Origin: Yuukianura sp. NJ FZ-2021
Lineage: Eukaryota
Length of the DNA: 64,000 bases
Reading direction: 5' to 3'
NCBI GenBank assembly: GCA_046563655.1
Contig: CM102283.1
Location: 2,914,001-2,978,000, forward strand
The position numbers were made by a program, and so were the translations under genes. Shown here piece after piece: positions 57,898-64,000 of this stretch; within the stretch, counting starts at the first letter, position 1; every line of letters starts with the position of its first letter. The notes beneath the pieces were generated by a model. The model ran no database searches. It was not told the origin of the DNA and saw nothing but the letters and a program-made list of their open reading frames with translations.

Positions 57898-58327
57898 AAT
57901 TTCGGACTTTTGAAATTTCGAAATTTGTAGATACTGGACTTGGCTTCTCGTTGCAGCACAATATTTTGACTGGACAGTGGATCCCGAGAACAACAATGTC
58001 AATGAGACAGATAACCATTAAAATATTTTAAATAACTATACAAATAAGTGTTAATTTAATTTAGTTTGTAATTAGTTTAGCAAACTTTAACAAAACTTGT
58101 TCAATTTCTCATGAATTTTTTCTTGTATCTTGCAGTAATGAAAAAAAGAGAGCTCACTTTTTCGTTGATTGTGCGAGAATTTGAAAAAAAGTTGCAAAAA
58201 AAGTTTAAAACATGAACACAGAAGACACAGATATTAACGAGGCACAAATTTTCACCTTGACCTTTGCAACCATGGAGGTCATTGACCTTGACCTTTCCCC
58301 AGACTGGAGTAGGTGTATGACCTTGAA

Positions 58328-59456
58328 TCAGATGAATCTGTGTGAATCTGATGCAGGGTTCGACATGGCTCCGAATACACTGCTGCCACTTTGACCCCCG
58401 TCCCCGTGACCTTGACCCCCCGTGGGTTGCATGGGGATTTCCTGATGCCCATCACCCTCTCGGTAGTGCTTCAACTCCACTCGACATTCTACGAACATCA
58501 GCACTGCTGCAAATGCGTGCAGAAACATGGCGATGACTGCGCAGGCGTAGGCCCATGACAAGTAATTGAAGTTCGGATATTGGAGCCAGTCACGCCGGTA
58601 ACACTGACCGCCAAAGATCGATACCGCCAGGAACATCAAAAATGCTAAACTCCCAAAAAATAATGAACTTTTTGTTTTAAAATATTGATTTTTCAAATTT
58701 TCAAATTCGAGTCTCACATGTAACTGCATTAGAAATGGCACAAATCCCAGCTATGAACCACCCAGTGCTCAAAATCAATTTGAGCGGCCATTTTGCTATC
58801 AAGGGAACCGAAATGAGCTGAGACGCAAATGAGCCCATCAGGCCTAAAGTACAAAATGCTTGGACGACTTGTAGCCAACCTGAAATGAAAAAGTTTAAAG
58901 GTCAAAGGTCAACGGAGGTCAAAGGTCAAAGGTCAAACCTGGAAGGAGCCACTCTCTGATGATCCTGTACTCTTCACTGAAGATGTAATAACATCCGTTG
59001 AACAGTTTGTCAAACTGGTAGTGCGGATGTCTGTAGTCTTTGAAGCAGTACTCCCAAAGTCCCATGTTCTGGAATGGACTGAAAGTGTACTCCCATGACA
59101 CTATCCAATATGGACTGAAAATATATTAAAAATAATTAATTTTATATTATATAAAAAACAAAACTCGTTTGCCGGTATTTAACTCTTCATATTCACGTGC
59201 CTTGCGAACGCAATAAGAACAAAAACTCCACCCAAAAATGCTAGAATTGAGCCCAAAACGAGAATATCTGAAAGCAAACAAAATTATTTTAAAAAAAAGG
59301 CTATGTGTAAACGACAATGATATAAATAAATTTGTTTTTGTGAAATTTGAAAATTTTTCGAAAACTTTTTTTTTAATATGAATTACTTGATGGTTTTGGT
59401 ATCTCCACTTCATATTTTTGTGTCCTGTAAAAGTTTTGGTGAAAAATGGACGACAT
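58328..59456 (-). CDS. pck: Septate-junction claudin, megatrachea/pickel-like
   Basis: ILVLGSILAFLGGVFVLIAFASPYW..NMGLWEYCF..GC..IFSEEYRIIREWLLPGWL..RRDWLQYPNFNYLSWAY carries the W-GLW-C-C claudin signature. The start codon is uncertain. Confidence 0.88.
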
Positions 59457-60521
59457 GAATGCTGCACAATTCTGATTTTTATAACACGAAAGTTAAAAAT
59501 TTAAAAAGTGATTGCTAAAAGTTAGTTGAAATTACGAATTCTACTATAATTTGACACTTCTGACTCATCTTCACTATAAAAATTTGTTCTTCGCCTGAAT
59601 GCTAGTTGTATACTGCAAACAGGTTCGGTTTGTTATTTTATTTTTTGGCTATACACTGCCACACCTGTAGAACAGAACAATAGAAATTTTTTGTTCGGTA
59701 AAAAAGCACAACAAAGCGTCTCGAACCTACCTGCTGAAACTCAAATTGTTACAACAATCACACACAGATGGAATGCCCAGTTGAGACTACTCTGTTATCT
59801 CAATTTCACTATTTTATTTATTATATTTTATTGCTTTTTATACATTATTAAATATATTTTAGTTATCATTTATATGATTTATTTACTCTGACGCCATCAA
59901 ACCAATGCAAGGCTGAATAAACTGCTGAATTCCAATCAATGAAACGCCAGCTATTAATTTCAGAAAATTTTAGCATCTTGTCAACCATTCATTTTTCAGT
60001 TTGTTTACTTCATTGCACAGTTTTGCATTTGTGTATTAAAATTTTATTTTGTATATTTTATATTTTGTGAAGTTGCATAATTTTCTGTAACTGAAATTAT
60101 TCAGGTCAGCTAACGTGATGGAAGACACATTTTTCATCCAAATTGATTTTATTATTTGATTAATTTAACTAATAAATCTACAATTTATATGGCGTCTAAT
60201 AGCACTCAGTGAATATATGATTCTTATAAAACTTTATTTTAGCTTATCTAACTAATTTAGCAATTAATCACAACAGATTGTTTTAGCATTACATTGATGA
60301 AAAAACTAATTAACTTTTTTAAATTAACTTTAGTGTTAACTCTAAATTCAACTGGATTTGATGAAAAGATCAAAATATTCTATTATTTGTATTAGAAATG
60401 GCAAAAATTTCAAGTTTTTTGTGACTAAGAATTTCCAGCAACTTGTTGCTCCTATAAATTTCCTTTTAACTTCGACTATTTCTGGACATGCGCAGTTCAT
60501 GACTTTTCTGCATTGAAAATG

Positions 60522-62655
60522 CTACCGACGACGCCGTTTCTGCGCATGAGCAGTTGACACCGTGGACACAACTGCGCCGGGGCAATATGAGAAGTTCGGA
60601 AACAGGAGACAATGCAGAGATAAGAATCGGGTAGGATCCTCTTCCTGGCTGAATCCATCCGGAACTTCCAGAATATTCTCGTACTCTGCATATCGAACAT
60701 AACTAAAGGTAATCTGAAATTTAAAAAAAAATTGTTTTGAATTTCAAAATTTCGAATATAGTAAGAATTTATTTTAGTAGCATGTGGAATTATTTTGTAA
60801 CTGAGCAAATCAAATCATGTTCCAAATCAGTTTGAATTTACTGCATCCTCCCTCAAGCCATTTTGGCATTCTAAAATTTCGTGTGTTAACAATGGTAGGC
60901 AAAATTTTTTTTTCGAAAACACATCATCAATCAAAAATCGAAGCTGAAAGAAGTAGTTGCAGGTCTAATCAAGCCATTTGAAAGTTTTTTTTGTGATGAA
61001 GCTGAACATGGATTTGATCACTCCAGGGATTCTGTTTGAATTTTAAAAGTTTCCGCGCCTCCAGCACAATTCATTTGCTACATCCAAATTCCTCCCGGCA
61101 AATTTTTTTTGAAAACTGAACAAAATGATTACACGGCATTTTTGTGGGTGCGCCTTCAACAACAAAAGAAATTACGAAGGGCCCTTCAAGGGACAGAAAA
61201 TTTGAAGCTTCAATTGTGACAAGGCACAAAATATTTCCAATTCTAATCTTCCAATATTATTTTTACTAATGCGTATTAAAATTTTTTACTTTGGATAAAA
61301 TTTTTAATTTTTAATTTTTACTAAAAACGCTCCTTCGGGCCATTCACGAATGTTCAAAATGATCGGGAACATTTGAAATTTAAAAAAAAATGACTTTTTT
61401 TTTTCGAAAAAATTTACCTCTGTTCCTGGACTTTTCATGTCAATGAACTTCATTGTTTCAAAATGAGAATGAAACTGGGGAATGACTGTCAAATTTTGAC
61501 CCAACAGATGACCTGCAATCACAATCAAATTTTGTTAACATAACATTTTTGTTAACTTAACATTTTGTTAACTTAACATATTGTTAACCTAACTTATGTT
61601 TAGGAATCTTACCAGCGATGTAGCCCACTGTTACATCATCAGGCAACTGAATTCTATCACAGACTTTCATAAATTTTCCGCCACTGAAAACCAAAATCAA
61701 AAGTCAAATTAAAAGTTTTGAAAAAAAAAAGTTCAGATTCTGACAAATCAGGTTCTAAAAGCATTATTTTGAAAACACATTTGCCTTGTAGCAGCTTACG
61801 CTTTGCATTCACGCATGCGCGGTGAGCATAGAATTAAAAAAATGGACAATTTGAACTTTTTTCAACTGTATTGAATTTTTTTTTGGATTGTTGAGATAAA
61901 GTGCAGAGTTGAAAGTTTGAAAAGTGGCGCTCCTTGGTTTTAAAAGTCTGATGAAGCATGACGGGCGGTAAAGCCACAACCGGAGGGATTTTGAAAATGT
62001 TCCATTTGAGAAAAATGGCTACTTTTGAACCATGGGGGGAGATTTTGAAAGTAATCTCGTGGTCTATTGTTCTCCTGTCAAAATCAACTTCAACCTCCAT
62101 TTCTTCTATTTCCAACAACTCAGAAGCCAAGTTTTGTTCAGAAGTCTTTCTAAATGTCTTTTCCAATCATTCAATCACACAAACTACACCAGAAAACAAT
62201 CAACTCTAATGGAACAGGCATGTAAACCTACAGCATATCAACGCATGCACATGCGTCTTAGTGTTTAGAAACATTTGAATTTAAATGAAGCGCATAAAAA
62301 CTCTTCCTTTTAGAAAAAGTACAAATTTTTCAAAGAAAAATGTGGACTTTTTTTGAACAAGCTAGGAGTTAGACTGGTGCACGCGTTGAGTTTTTTTTTT
62401 AAAAAGTTCACTTTTTTATTATTTTGTTTTATGCATAAGATTTTTCCGCTTTGTTGCTCAGGTAGGCTTTAGCTGTGCTAATTACACAATCGAAGGTGTT
62501 ACATGAGGTAACTAATTAGCTGAGTAATTAGTAATAAGTAATTAACGATAGTAAAATTTTGAGTTATACCTGGCCAGTGGACTCATGCGCAGAGCCAGTG
62601 CTCGACTGATGCAGAAACCTGCACCGCCAGTGGCAAACCAAAATGAAACTTCTTC
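60522..62655 (-). CDS. fng: Fringe beta-1,3-N-acetylglucosaminyltransferase, last 4 exons (5' part outside window)
   Basis: Exons 62570-62655 ([17 protein letters not shown]), 61612-61684 ([10 protein letters not shown]), ~61418-61512 (FHSHFE) and 60522-60713 ([21 protein letters not shown]). Confidence 0.92.
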
Positions 62656-64000
62656 CTGAAATAAAAAAACAAAAGAAATGTTTAGACACAAACAAAATGA
62701 ATTATTGGACGTATGGAACAATCCACTTGTTAAAAAAAAAACAAAATTTTGAACCCTCATTCCCATTTATTATTAATCCCCACTTGTTCTGTACTACAAG
62801 GTAGGAAAGGTATGATTTAGTTTCGGAAAAAATTTTTTGAAAAGAAACAAGTTGAACTTGGCGGCAAACAAAAAAAAAGTAGCGGCAAACGCTCCTTTTA
62901 TTTAAAAAAAAAAAAGAAAACACGAAATTGTTTCTAGCGAATTTCCTCAACTAAACACTTTCCATCGCACAGATAAATCTTCAAGAGGAAAAAAATGTGA
63001 AAACAACGGAGAAAATTCTGCAAATTGCGTCTTATATGCTTCATTTCAATTTTCAGAAAACAATAAATAAATTCTTTCTAAGAAACAAAACAAATTTTCT
63101 CCGCATTTCTTTTGAGTTTGGTCCCGATCCATCCTTTTGGAAATCAATACCAATTTCCATCCATTTGACCTTTGGACTTTTGCTCTCTTTTCTTGGTACT
63201 TTCTCAACATTTTCTTATAAACTTTGTTCATAAAGTGGTTTTTCCGCTCACTTTCTCCTCTTTTGTTTTAATTTAAAAATAAATTGAACATTATTATCTC
63301 ATTTTTCTCTTAAATTTTTTTCTCTTCTAAATTTTCTAAAATTTTCTGCTAAAATGCACATTTTTGCAGTCACGTCACGCTCCGTATTTCTTGACTCATC
63401 TGCATTGACTAAAAGGAAAAAGAAGGAGATGCGAATGACGTCATTGTTCAAACACGCCAAGGATGTGTCTAACAGAACACTTCTGGAAGATCACTTTGAA
63501 CAAGAACTTTCTCCTGTCCCGCTGTACACAAAAGACTAAGAAGTGCTATAGTACTCCAGAACAGCTTAGGATTTAGAACAACTTTGTTCTAAACCTGTTC
63601 TAAACACAGAACTTTCCCCATTCTCTCCTTCTCCGTCACCGCACCTATTGATTTTCACGCTCACGATTTCATCCGAAGTCCAACTTCGACTTAAAACTGC
63701 CTTGGCACACGCCCAACCTCACTTTTCCCAGAATTACTTTCTCTTTACAATCTTCTGCTTCTGCTCAACAACAACTTTTTTTTGTGTCCAAAGAGCACCG
63801 TTTCCTCCCCACGGTGCACCGCGGCGGCGGCCGAAAACTTTTTAGTTCCAGGAGAAAAAAAATTCCGTCGGACTTTCTCCCCAGCGAAAGCAGCCATACT
63901 TTCCCTTTGCTCAAAAACTTTCCAACTCCCCTTCCGAACCAAACCTAAAGTGAGCAACTCTATCACTTGTTTACAAAATTAACCTAAAACAAGTTAGCCT

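Noticed and set aside
62700-64000. Short ORFs at the window end
   Set aside because: Low-complexity AT-rich sequence, most likely a large fringe intron

Overview
This is eukaryotic, AT-rich, gene-dense arthropod DNA with short (~55-100 nt) GT-AG introns. The gene content suggests a hexapod such as a springtail, which is an inference. I rebuilt about 18 spliced genes by hand: a Pro-rich secreted protein, ari-1, scully/HSD17B10, a divergent Cdc20-family gene, an orphan TM/coiled-coil gene, SNM1A-like, PIG-T, an orphan Zn-ribbon + GIY-YIG-like gene, ZFAND2/AIRAPL, a CLIP protease, a C2H2 zinc-finger gene, GH31 and GH13 alpha-glucosidases head-to-head, a 7TM chemoreceptor-like gene, Golgin-A7/Erf4-like, a Cys-loop channel, the claudin pickel/megatrachea and the 3' part of fringe. 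There is also an intronless microbial-type terpene synthase, one intact and one 5'-truncated tRNA-Leu(CAA), two large inverted-repeat elements, a hAT MITE, Helitron-like ends and a 100-N gap. The best leads are: (1) a ~3.5-kb island encoding a putative GIY-YIG nuclease between a full tRNA-Leu and a 3' tRNA-Leu fragment, an attL/attR-like layout; (2) the probably horizontally acquired terpene synthase; (3) an AUG-free 162-codon in-frame extension of ari-1; (4) a recurrent AGGTCAA/DR1 heptamer at exon edges; and (5) a Cys-loop channel with EAR instead of PAR at the selectivity filter. All gene models and family calls come from reading the sequence by eye; no searches were run.
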